Source: Narcine bancroftii
Taxonomy: Eukaryota
Assembly (NCBI RefSeq): GCF_036971445.1
Contig: NC_091477.1
Span: 122,698,001-122,762,000 of the forward strand
Direction: 5' to 3'
Length of the DNA: 64,000 nucleotides
The position numbers were made by a program, and so were the translations under genes. Positions within the stretch are counted from its first letter, which is position 1. Each line of letters starts with the position of its first letter. Shown here piece after piece: positions 25,334-35,891 of the stretch. The notes beneath the pieces were generated by a model. It saw only the letters and a list, made by a program, of their open reading frames with translations. It was not told the DNA's origin and did not search any database.

Positions 25334-27009
25334 GAGCGTTACTGTCAGTCACACCATTGCAAAATAGACGGGAGCAGCTGCAGTTTCAGACTGTGGCCGC
25401 TTCATGCAGTTTCAAACTGCTCTACTATCACAGTCCACCTCCCTCCACTCCACCCCCTGCTTCATTCTAAAGGACTCCGAAGCTTGACCCAGCCCCTGTC
25501 CTGGCCTGAGGGCCTCTGAACCTCTCCCATGGCCTCCTGGAATCAGGGAAACATAGGGTGAGCTCACAGTTCCAATGGTGACTCACTGCCCCCGGGAGCT
25601 GGCTCCACTCACCCACCTCCCTCTGTGTCAGACTTGCCCCTCAGGTCCAAAACATTCCCTTCACTTCCCATGAATGGTGCATGACCTGCTGAGTTTCTCC
25701 AGCACCTGCCCACTTTCCTGCTTCACCTCAGGTCTCTTTCTCCTCAAACCCGTGCCCTCCTGCTTCAGACTTCCTTCCACAGGGAGAAAACTGACCGTCC
25801 TATTTTATCTCTCCTGGTTCTAGAAACTTCTATAAGGTTCCCCTTCCGCCTCCTGCTCTCCCTCATTGTGTCAGCCACGGGGGATGATGAGCAAACTGCC
25901 CCTCCTGCCGACTCCGCGGTTCCGCCGGTATTTCAGACACTCTCTGCGGATATCTGCTGGGAGGATTCACTGATGAAAGAAGTCGAGGAGGGCCCACACT
26001 CTTCCTGCTGCATTGCCCCTTTAACTCCTGCTCTCTGGCACCACTAGTGGCATCAGGAGAGAGGCGGAATCAGAGACTGCGGGCGGGGGATGGGCTTTCA
26101 TCTGTGCCTGCGAGCAGGGAGAGTAACCCCATTGCATCCAAGAGAAGCCCGGTCGTGGATCGACAGCGGGGACTTGGCATAAGGTAAGGAGCAGAGCTGT
26201 AGAAGTTCCATCCCGATCCTCCCGCTCAAACCAACGCCGGGCACACTGACCCTGGAGACCCCAACCTCCAGCTGCTCCTTGCTACGAGGAGGAGAGGGGA
26301 AAGGGTATATTCTCGTCCTTCAGCACTGCAGGAGACTGAACCCCCCCTCCCCCCCGCGGATCACCTACCGAAGTGACTCACCCAGTCCCGCCCCACCTCT
26401 TCATGGTTCTGGGAGCAGAGATCAAGCGGCAGAGGCCACACTGGCAGAGACCACCAGCAATTCTGAGATCTCCTGCTTCTGGCTCATTTTGCTTCTTCCT
26501 TGAAGATAGGCTCAGGGCGGAAACCTCAGGAACATCTCTGCTTTTTCTGGGCGCTGAAAGACTGGTTGAATTCCTCTAACACAGAAGTTTGAAAAACAGG
26601 CTGGTAGGTAGAGCTGATCCCATGGCCAGATCACCTAGGATCTAATTCAATAGGGGAGCAGGCTCGACGGGCCGGATGGCCGGCTCCTGCCCCTGTTTCT
26701 GATGTTCTCATGGAGCCCAGAGAGGGTGTTAGATGTGGAGGTGAAGGAAAGTTGCGTACAGTAGTTTTTTACACTAGCTCTGCCTGGCCCACAGGAAAAG
26801 GGATCTCCAGTTGTATATGATGTCATGTATGTACTCTGGCCATAAATCTGAGGTTGGGGAGTTGGGAAGGGAATGGGGGAGGGAGGGAGGAGATTGTAGA
26901 GGAAGACATGCTCTGCTGTCTCTAAGGCGGGGGGGGGGGGGGGGGGGTGGGGGGGCGAAGCCACACTCACCCCAAGCAAGGATGATTTTAAAGAATCACC
27001 ATCGATTAA

Positions 27010-27245
27010 ATTTTAAATGTAGACACACAGCAGGGTAACAGGCCCATTCCGGCCCACGAGTCCATGCTGCCCAATTAACCTACCCCTCTGGTACACTTTG
27101 AAGAGTAGGAGGAAACTGGAGCCCCCAGGAGAAAGCCACACAGGGAGAATGTACAAACTCCTTACAGACGGCGTGGGACTCAAACCCCGGTCTCGCTCAC
27201 TAGCAATGTAAAGGCGTTTCAGTAACCGCAACGTGAACCATCCCA
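27010..27245 (-). mobile_element. HE1-like V-SINE
   Basis: Reverse complement of the 3478-3735 SINE pattern (GGGAGAATGTACAAACTCCTTACAGAC). Confidence 0.8.
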
Positions 27246-27816
27246 TTTTGGGAACAGCTTTCCTTCTGTTGGTCCATGTTTGGAAGAGGCTTTAAACAAA
27301 ACTCAGCCACAGGTCAGTGTGGCATCTATTTATAAACCAGCGAGAGTCAGAATCTTGCCATTTCTCACTGGCCTGGTGGCTTGTGGGTTACTGTTCACAC
27401 AGCACCATGTTGGTTCTGATTCACCTCTCTCTATTTCACAGGCAACTTCCTCAGCAAGTCAGTGCAGACATTCATCAACCTCAATAAATTTGGCCAGGCC
27501 AACAGTGGGAACAATTATCCCACAGAGTGCACCTTCAGGGGGGCTCAGGCCTGGGCCTGGGCAGATGGAGGGGGGGGGCAGACCATTCTGGAAGATGGGG
27601 CAAAAGACCCAGCTAACAACCAAGCCCCTACTTGCACCATGTTCTGGCTGGATAGGCTGTGGGGATAAATTGACAGGGGAAATACAGACCCTCACCCCAA
27701 GCCTACAGTTCCTTGATCATAGAATGATCACAGTACAAAGGCCATTCAGCCCATTGTGTCTGTGCTGGCTCTCAATACCAATCAGGAGCAGGCTGTAGAC
27801 TCTGGAGAGAAGTGCG

Positions 27817-28270
27817 ATCATATATAGGTGAGGGTGGTCTGGGGTGTGATCATAGAGGTGAGGGTGGTCTAGGGTGTGATCATAGAGGTGAGGGTGGTCT
27901 GGGGTGTGATCATAGAGGTGAAGGTGGTCTGGGGTGTGATCATAGAGGTGAGGGTGGTCTGGGGTGTGATCATATAGGTGAGGGTGGTCTGGGGTGTGAT
28001 TATAGAGGTGAGGGTGGTCTGGGGTGTGATCATAGAGGTGAGGGTGGTCTGGGGTGTGATCATAGAGGTGAGGGTGGTCTGGGGTGTGATCATATAGGTG
28101 AGGGTAGTCTGGGGTGTGATCATAGAGGTGAGGGTGGTCTGGGGTGTGATCATAGAGATGAGGGTGGTCTGGGGTGTGATCATAGAGGTGAGGGTGGTCT
28201 GGGGTGTGATCATAGAGGTGAGGGTGGTCTGGGGTGTGATCATAGAGGTGAGGGTGGTCTGGGGTGTGAT
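27817..28270. repeat. 30-bp minisatellite, about 15 copies
   Basis: Unit GGTGAGGGTGGTCTGGGGTGTGATCATAGA with few substitutions. Confidence 0.97.
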
Positions 28271-28354
28271 TGAGTTTGACAAGGCAGCTGAGAAGGCTTA
28301 AATAAACATGGGTTATTTATAAATAGGCTTTGGATAGAGAAATATGATTCCTAA

Positions 28355-30960
28355 CACAGAACATTACAGCACAATACAGGCCCTTCTTCCCATGATGTTG
28401 TACCAAACTATATAAACCTGCTCAACAATTGAACCCTTCCCTTCCTCACACACAACCCTCTATTTCTCCCACATCCACATGTCTAAGAGTCATTTAAATG
28501 CCCCCATTTGTACTAGGCTCCACCACCATCGCTGGCGATGCATTTCAGCCACCCACCACTCTCTGTGTTAAAACAAAACTTACCCCTGATGTCTCCCGTA
28601 AACTTCCTCCTCTCTCCTTGTACAGATCTCCTCTGCTGCTCTCGCCCCGGGATAAAGGAGATGGCTGTCCTCCCTATCTAAGCCTCTCAATCTTGTAGAC
28701 CTCCATTAATTCTCCTCTCCTCCTCCTTCACTCCATAGAGAAAAGTCCTCACTCTGCTAACCTTGCCTCATAAGGTTCCCAATCCTGGCAACATCCTGGT
28801 CATTCTCTTCTGCACCCTCTCCATAGCTTCCACCTACTTTCTGTAATGAGGTGACCAAAACAGAACATAGTACTCTATTTGTGGTCCAATCAGAGTTTTA
28901 TGGAGCTGGAACATTATCTTGTAACAAACATTGGTTAAGCCCAAGCTAGGAGCATTGTGTCCATCTCTGGGCCCACACAATATAGACAGAACACAGAAAT
29001 AGTCCAGAGATTTATTAAAGTGATCCCAGGGATAAGAGACTTCTGTTAACAAGGAGACAGGAGCTGCAGGGATTGTACCCCTCAGGCCAGAGAGAGTGAG
29101 GGAAGATTCAACAGGGCCTGTAAATCTGGAAGGGTTTGAAGAGTTGTGTCAGGAGGTGTTTCCAAGGGGCTGAAGGGTTGGTGTGAGGGATATGGAATGA
29201 GGGCAATCAGCAAAAGGTACCATCAGCAAGAGGATCTAGGATTCCCACTTAGGGGAGCATAGGTTCAGGGAGGAGTTCAAAAGAAGAGTTAGAGCAAACA
29301 TACAACATTACAGCACAGTACAGGCTCTTCAGCCCATGATGTTGTGCTGACTCAGGGTAACCTATTCCACAACAATCTAATTTTTCCCCACCTCACACCC
29401 ATTGTCCTGATTCTTTTCCCCACCTGTCTGTCAAAGAGTCTTTTGTCTTCCTCTACTGTACCAGCCTCAACCACCACCTCCAACAATGCATTACAGGCAC
29501 CTGCCACTCTTGGGGGGGGGGGGGGGGTGGGGGTGGGGGAGTATATCTGAAATCTCCCACTAAACTTTTCTCTACTCACTTTAAAATGATGCCCCCTGGT
29601 ATTTGCTACTGTCGCCCCAAGAAGCAGGCAATGGCTGTTCACCCTATCTCAGCCCTTCATAATCTTATATACCTTCACCTCTCATCCTTGTCACTTCAAA
29701 GAGAAACACCCTAGCTCTGTTAACCTTGCAGCCTTAAGAGGAAGGATTGTTTTTTTTTCCACAGAGAGTGGTTGACAGAGGATGTGGTCAAGTCATATTC
29801 AATCACCGCCTGATAGGATTTTACACAGACAAGGCACGGGATAGAAGAGTACTGTTGTAGTGTGGGCAAATCAGATTAGTGTTGATGGGCAAGGGGTCAG
29901 CATGGGTGTGGGCTGAATGGCCTGTGTCTCTGCTGTATGACTTGATGACTTATGAGCAGTGGTGATATGAAATGAGAGACTGCTGGAAGCAGGTTCGTCA
30001 GTGAATCAGCTCAGCTTCACACAACATCCTGTTCACTTTGACTGACTCCAGCCTTTTATTTTCCACCCATTCCCTTTTAGTTTCCACCCATTGGGTCTGA
30101 CGGCTAAACAAAAATGCTGCAGATGTGGCAACTCTGAAACCAAAAGAGAAAAAGCTGGAAGGTTTCAGCATGTCAGGTGGAAGCGATGTTTGGAACGTTC
30201 TGTAAGCTGGGGCTTTCACTGTAGTTCACGGACAATGGGAGAACACAGAACGTAGAACTCTACAGCACAGTACAAGCCATTTCACCCTCCATGTTGTGCC
30301 GATCTCCATATTCCTACCAAAAAATAATTAAACCCTCCCCACCTCATAACCCTCTATTTTTCTTTCATCTATGTCCCTGTCTAATGTTTCAGCCTCTACC
30401 ACCACCCCCACCCCCAACCCCCGACCAGGTATTCCAGGTATCCACAACTCTCTGCGTTTAAAAAAAAATCTTGTCCCTGATGTCTCCCCTGAACTTCCCT
30501 CCCTTCACAGTGTACACATTTCCTTTGCTATCCCTGCCCTGGGAAACAGGTCCACCCTATCTATGCCTCTCAGAATCTTGTAGACCTCTCATCCTCCTAT
30601 GCTCCACAAAGTCCCAGCTCTGCCAACCTTGCCTCATAATGAGAGGTAAGTTAATAGAAATGCACATGATTGTGAGAGGCATAGGTAGAGTGAACAGCCA
30701 GCACTAGTTTTCCTGGGGCAAATACCAGAGGACACCTGTTTAAGGTGAGGGGAGAGAAGTTCAGGGGAGACGTCAGGGGTAAGTTTTACAGAGTTGTGGG
30801 TGCCTGAAATTCCTTGCCAGGGGATGGTGGTGGAAGTGCAATGGGGACATTTAAAAGACTCTTAGACAGGCACATGGATTTAAGAAAAATAGAGGGTTAT
30901 GGGCCAGCACAACATCATGGGCTGAAGGGCCTTACTGTGCTGGAAGGTGCTGTGTATTGA
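28355..30960. mobile_element. Cluster of CR1 3' fragments in alternating minus/plus orientation
   Basis: Tail motifs ACATTACAGCAC...GGCCC and CATAACCCTCTATTTT on minus pieces; AAAATAGAGGGTTATG and GGGCTGAA.GGCC on plus pieces; EYYVLFWSPHYRK. Confidence 0.75.
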
Positions 30961-31479
30961 TGTTAAATTGTTCCTCCCTACATCTTGGGCCCAAACCCTG
31001 CAAAGTTTCCAGCACTTGCGGTTTTGAATTTCCAGGCCTATAGCTTAACGTCCAGTAAAATCCTCACTAGCAGATGGCAGTACTGGGCCTCCCCGTCACA
31101 GCCACAATGCCAAGATCATGAGATGGTCTGAGGAAAAGCCTCAGCAGGGCCGTGGCCACAGGATTGGCGTGGTCCACCACTGACTGCAGACATGGTGCTG
31201 GCCCACTATCCCACCTCTGTTCTTGGGTGACTGCCAGTAGAGTCAGAGACCCATGTCAAATCCTGACCTCTCCTGCTGCTTACATAGAGTTGGCACGTTC
31301 CTCCTTATTGTATAGCAGGAAGCAGGCCCTTCAGGCCCATTCATCCATGCCAACTGTGTTGTGGTCTTGAACCAGGCCCATTTCCCATCAGGACAGGCAT
31401 GGTCATCTGAACAGAACGGTGGCAATGCAGAGAAGGACCAGGCCGAAAGGTTTGTGTCAGTGTTGTCTCTGTTGGTGTA

Positions 31480-31745
31480 ACAGTTAGTGTAACGCTGTAA
31501 CAGCGCCAGCAAATGGGGTTCGAATCCCGCGCGATCTGTAAGGTGTTTGTATATTCTCCCCGTGTCTGTGTGGGTGTCCATGGAAGTTCCAGTTTCTTTC
31601 CACAACTTAAAATGCACCAGGGGTGAAGATTAATTGGGGCAGGAGAGGGGTAGTAACTGGGAGAGATGGTAGAAATGTGAGGAACTGGGTGTCAGGATAA
31701 AGCAGTGGGCCAATATAGACTGGATAGGCTGAATAGCCTTGCATA
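31480..31745 (+). mobile_element. HE1-like V-SINE
   Basis: GGTTCGAATCCC B box and V-domain TTTGTATATTCTCCCCGTGTCTGTGTGGGT. Confidence 0.75.
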
Positions 31746-32149
31746 TTGTAAGTAAATCTGGAACATACAGAGGTAAGGCCATGAGGCTTTGAAGCAGAAA
31801 TAGGCCACTCAGCCCATCAAGTCTGCCCCACCATTTAATCATGAGCTGATCCATTTTCACACTCAGCCCCATTGCCCTGCCTTCTCCCCCTAACCTTTAG
31901 CTAATCACGAACCAATCCCTCACAACCTATGACCTACAAATGCTAAAATTAAAGGTGACAGAAACTTCCTGGGCTCTGACAATACTGGGCCTTGGTGCCA
32001 GTGGCGGATCCCATACTCCCAAGCTGCCTTCTGTTTGGACGCTGCTACATTTCAGTTCTCTCCTTGCTGGTTTGGCCTACTCTCGCGGCGGTACCAGATT
32101 ACCGTTCTAATTGATCTTTCTGTTGACAGAAGTTTGGACAGTGTTCCAA

Positions 32150-33232
32150 ATGGCGGAAGAGCCTTCAAATAACCGGAGGAAGATGGGAGGTGACGTGACC
32201 CTGCCGGCACCTCGGGAAGGAGCACTACCTCCGGTTAAAGAAGCCACTGGCACATTGTCCTCCGCGGGATCCAGGACCCAGGCAGCGGGCTCAAGATCTA
32301 GGTGTGGCAGTGCCTCCAAGCCACCACAAGTGGGCCACCCCAGAGACCCCGCAGGGGGGAAATCTGCCAGCCAGACCGGCCAGGAAACAAGGATTCAGAA
32401 CAAAGGCATCCCATCGCTCCCTAGAAGAACTGACTCTGACACCAGGACAGAGGGCAAAACTTCGAGCTCTGCAAACCAGCATGGCCAAGGGGGGTACCCC
32501 AACCTGGAGAAGATTGGCCAAGCGAGGATAGCAGAGATTGAAAGGGAGACCCGGGGGCAGAGGGACAACCCAGAATGGTTTAACCAGCGCAGATACCGGA
32601 TCACAGCGACCGCGGCCCACAAAATCTCCCGCTGCAAGTTTGTCAATGGGAGAAGTGATGAGGTCCCCCAGTCCTACCTGAAGCCCATTGTGGGCCAGGG
32701 TTCCAACGTGATGACTCCTGCTATGAAATGGGGCATTGATCATGAACCACATGCCATCACAGAGTACCAGAAGATCAAGTCTAAGCAGGAAGGACAAGAG
32801 ATTGAAGTCCAACCCTGTGGCTTGTTCATTGACCCAGCCAAGAACTGGCTGGCAGCGAGTCCTGATGGGCTAGTGGTTGACAAGGCCACAAAGAGACCCC
32901 TGGGCCTGTTGGAGGTGAAGTGTCCGTACAAGCACCGGAATCACAGCATCGCCAAGGCTTGCGAAGACAAAGACTTCTGCTTGGAGAGCAAGAACGAGCT
33001 CCATCTGAAGAAGCAACACCCCTACTTCACCCAGATGCAGTGCCAGATGGCAGTCACTGGGATGAGAAAGGCCGACTTGGTGGTTTACACCAGCTGCGAC
33101 ACTGCCGTAGTCCCCGTGGACTATGATGAACACTTTTGGCTTGATGCTGTGGACAAGCTGGAAGATTTCTACATCCGAGCTGTCTTGCCGGAAAAACAGA
33201 AAGGCAACACAGTGTGGGCAAGGGAAAAGTAG
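32150..33232 (+). CDS. YqaJ viral-recombinase / lambda-exonuclease-family PD-(D/E)XK nuclease, 360 aa, one uninterrupted coding exon
   Basis: TRGQRDNPEWFNQRRYRITAT, AMKWGIDHE, CGLFIDPAKNWLAASPDGLV, LLEVKCPY, HPYFTQMQCQMAVT, FW...KLEDFY...VLPE. About 125-aa low-complexity N-terminus. Acceptor TTGATCTTTCTGTTGACAG| at 32129/32130; ATGG at 32150. No stops or frameshifts. Confidence 0.9.
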   Translation: MAEEPSNNRRKMGGDVTLPAPREGALPPVKEATGTLSSAGSRTQAAGSRSRCGSASKPPQVGHPRDPAGGKSASQTGQETRIQNKGIPSLPRRTDSDTRTEGKTSSSANQHGQGGYPNLEKIGQARIAEIERETRGQRDNPEWFNQRRYRITATAAHKISRCKFVNGRSDEVPQSYLKPIVGQGSNVMTPAMKWGIDHEPHAITEYQKIKSKQEGQEIEVQPCGLFIDPAKNWLAASPDGLVVDKATKRPLGLLEVKCPYKHRNHSIAKACEDKDFCLESKNELHLKKQHPYFTQMQCQMAVTGMRKADLVVYTSCDTAVVPVDYDEHFWLDAVDKLEDFYIRAVLPEKQKGNTVWAREK

Positions 33233-33294
33233 GCTGGGAAAGCTCCCTGGTATCACATCACACAATATCCCTGCCATTCAGATAGTTGCAGTGA

Positions 33295-33870
33295 TTAGAG
33301 CCACACAGCATGGAAACAGGTCCTTTGGCCCATCTTCCCCATGCCAACCAGAATGTCCCACCCACACTAGTCCCACCTGCCTGTGTTTGGCCCTTATCCC
33401 TCTCAACCATTTTTACCCAAGGATCTGTCAAATCTGTTCTCAAATATTGCAATTGTCCTTGTCTCAACCACCTCTGAACACCCACTGCCCTCTAAAACCA
33501 AGCTACCCCTCAACTTCCTGTTAAATCCTCCTCCCACCCTGTCACCTTAAACCCATGCCCTCTGGTTACCAATTCCCCTTCTCTGGGTAACAGACTCTCT
33601 GTGTTCACCCGATTTATTCCTCACATGATTTTCTGTACCTCTGTGTGATCACCCCTCATCCTTCTGGGCTCTAAGTAATAAAGCCCCAGCCTGTTCAACC
33701 TCTCCCTGTAGCTCGGGCCCCCGAATCCTGGCCGCATCCTCGTAAATCTTCTCTGTTCCCTCTTCAGCTTGACGACATCTTTCCTGCAGCACGGTGACCA
33801 GAACTGAACACTGTGCTCCAAACGGGATCTCACCAACCTCTTGTACAACAGCAACATCACCTCCCAGCTA
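33295..33870 (-). mobile_element. CR1 LINE 3' fragment
   Basis: LYKRLVRSRLEHSVQFWSPCCRKDVVKLKREQRRFTRM...RERLNRLGLY. Confidence 0.85.
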
Positions 33871-33969
33871 CTTTCAAAATCTCCTGGAGGTAAAAGTAAC
33901 CTCTGTAACAAACAGGCATGTACTTCCTTAACTGCTGGGTGATCCGCTGAATATTTCCAGTTATCATGG

Positions 33970-34185
33970 ACGGCAAGGTTAGCAGAGTGGCTCGTGTAAT
34001 GCTTTTACAGCACCGGGAACAGGGTTCAAATCCAGCCCTGTCTGTAAAGAGTTTGTATGTGTTCCCTGTGTCGATGTGGGCTACGTCCCACCATTCAAAA
34101 CCTAGTGGAGTTGTTTGGGAGACACAGGCTTGTGGGCCAGAAGGTGCTGGTACCATCCTGTATGCTTAAAATTAAATTAAAAATT
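33970..34185 (+). mobile_element. HE1-like V-SINE (degenerate)
   Basis: GGGTTCAAATCC B box and CTGTAAAGAGTTTGTATGT core. Confidence 0.65.
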
Positions 34186-34639
34186 AAATATATTTTAAAT
34201 AGTCTATCCTGTAAGGTGCCCAGTAACACTGCAGGAGTTATATTTCCCTGATCTACAGTGAAATTTATCGTGGAGCAGGCTTCTAACGGATGCAGAGGCC
34301 AGCACAGGATAGCTGGTGTGTCAACTATCAGATTGTAGGATGCTGCAGTCTTGTCTGGCAAAGGGCATGGCTGACCGGGTGAAATCATTTCAAATTAAGG
34401 AGGTCACCTGTCTAGAATGAAAGAATTGTAATGTTTCTACCTTCTACTAATGGAGGTGGTTGCCTGAAGATGGACAATAATCAGTTCCTCACTCTCTGGG
34501 TTGGGAGAACTGACAAATCCTTGGCTTGCTCTGACAGCCAGAGGGGAACTTTGGTCATCATGTTACCTTCAACAGCAGCTCTAGTGCCAATAGATCTTGA
34601 ATGAGTCAGTTTGGAACTCCATCATTTAACCTCTCTGTA

Positions 34640-34885
34640 AATTTAGACATACAGCATGGTTACCAGCCATTCCAGCCCATGAATCTGTGCTGCCCAATAT
34701 TCACCCAATTAACCTACATCGCCGGTATATTTTGAAGGGTGGGAGGAAATCAGAGCCCCCAGGGAAAACCCACGCAGACATGGGGAGAAAGTACAAACAC
34801 ATTGCAGCACGGGATTTGAACCCCAGTCCCGATCGCTGGTGCTGTAATGGCATTGCACTAACTGCTACGCCAACCGTGCCCGCTA
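34640..34885 (-). mobile_element. HE1-like V-SINE
   Basis: GGGTGGGAGGAAA...GGAAAACCCACGCAGACA.GGGGAGAA.GTACAAAC and GGATTTGAACCC. Confidence 0.8.
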
Positions 34886-35527
34886 ATTGAAGGGAGAAAT
34901 CATTGCAACTGTGTTATTGTGATTTTCTGTATTGTGTTTCTTGCCTTAAATAAATCCACACTTAGCCTGAGGGTAATAGGGCTGCAGCTTGTGTTCCTCT
35001 GCTCTAGACATTCCTGTTCACACACCAACCAGGGTTCAGATCCAGATCAACATCGACAGAGGTGAGATTTCATTTGAGCCAGACTGCACGGAAGAGACCC
35101 TTCAGCCCAACTTGTCCATGCCGGCCATTGGCATTCTGGGTTAGTCTGATCTGCTTGCATTTAATCTCCCCGTGTCACCGTGGGTTTCCTCCCGCCCTTC
35201 AACATTTATGGGGGTTGGGAGTAAATGGAATGTATTTGGACGGCATGGGTTTAATGGGTCGGAAAGGCTTTCTGCATTAAAATTAACATTAAACACATCA
35301 GGTTCAGACGTGATACTGGGCAATTCTTGCAGACAGTGTAGATTTCCTCTTTTCTTTCTATTGCATGCCGTTGCTCTCCTGAGAGTGCTTCATGGGACGA
35401 TAGAGAGGAGTTCTACCCTCTGGAGGGAGAGCAAGGGGTTAACAGATCCTTCAAACATGAGCAGTAATCTTTCACTGTCCACGCTTTGCTGAGACAAAAG
35501 TTCTATCATAATGTGACACTGTAAACC

Positions 35528-35891
35528 AGTGTTTTTCAACCTTTTTCTTTCCACTCACAGGCCACTTTAAGTATTCCCTATGCCGTAAGTGCTCTGTGAT
35601 TAATAAGGGATTGCTTAAGGTGCGTGGAAAGCTAAAGTTTGAAAACTACTGTTTTAATCGTCGCTCATTGACTCGTTATGTGCACGGTTTCAGAACTCCA
35701 AAGTAAATGGGCCAATGACAATTTTTCTCAAGCAAAATATTTCAGTAATAATTGGGTCTAGAGCCGTGATTCTCAACCTTCCCTTCCCACTCACATCCCA
35801 CCTTAAGCAATCCCTTACTAATCACAAAGCCCCGATGGCCCAGGGATTACTTAAAGTGGGATGTGAGTGGAAAGAAAAAGGCTGAAAACTG
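35528..35891. mobile_element. hAT (Charlie-like) MITE, longer version
   Basis: CAGTGTTTTTCAACCTTTTTCTTTCCACTCAC ... GTGAGTGGAAAGAAAAAGGCTGAAAACTG with internal inverted segments. Confidence 0.75.

Noticed and set aside
27812-28301. Repeat-protein ORFs (GEGGLGCDHR)n and (MITPQTTLTS)n, or a CRISPR-like array
   Set aside because: Plain tandem repeat with no unique spacers; the ORFs are open only because the 30-bp unit lacks stops.
32111-32149. TTG start for the YqaJ ORF, or bacterial/phage contamination
   Set aside because: The upstream codons overlap a polypyrimidine tract and acceptor. The ORF is embedded among elasmobranch SINE/CR1 repeats with no operon context.
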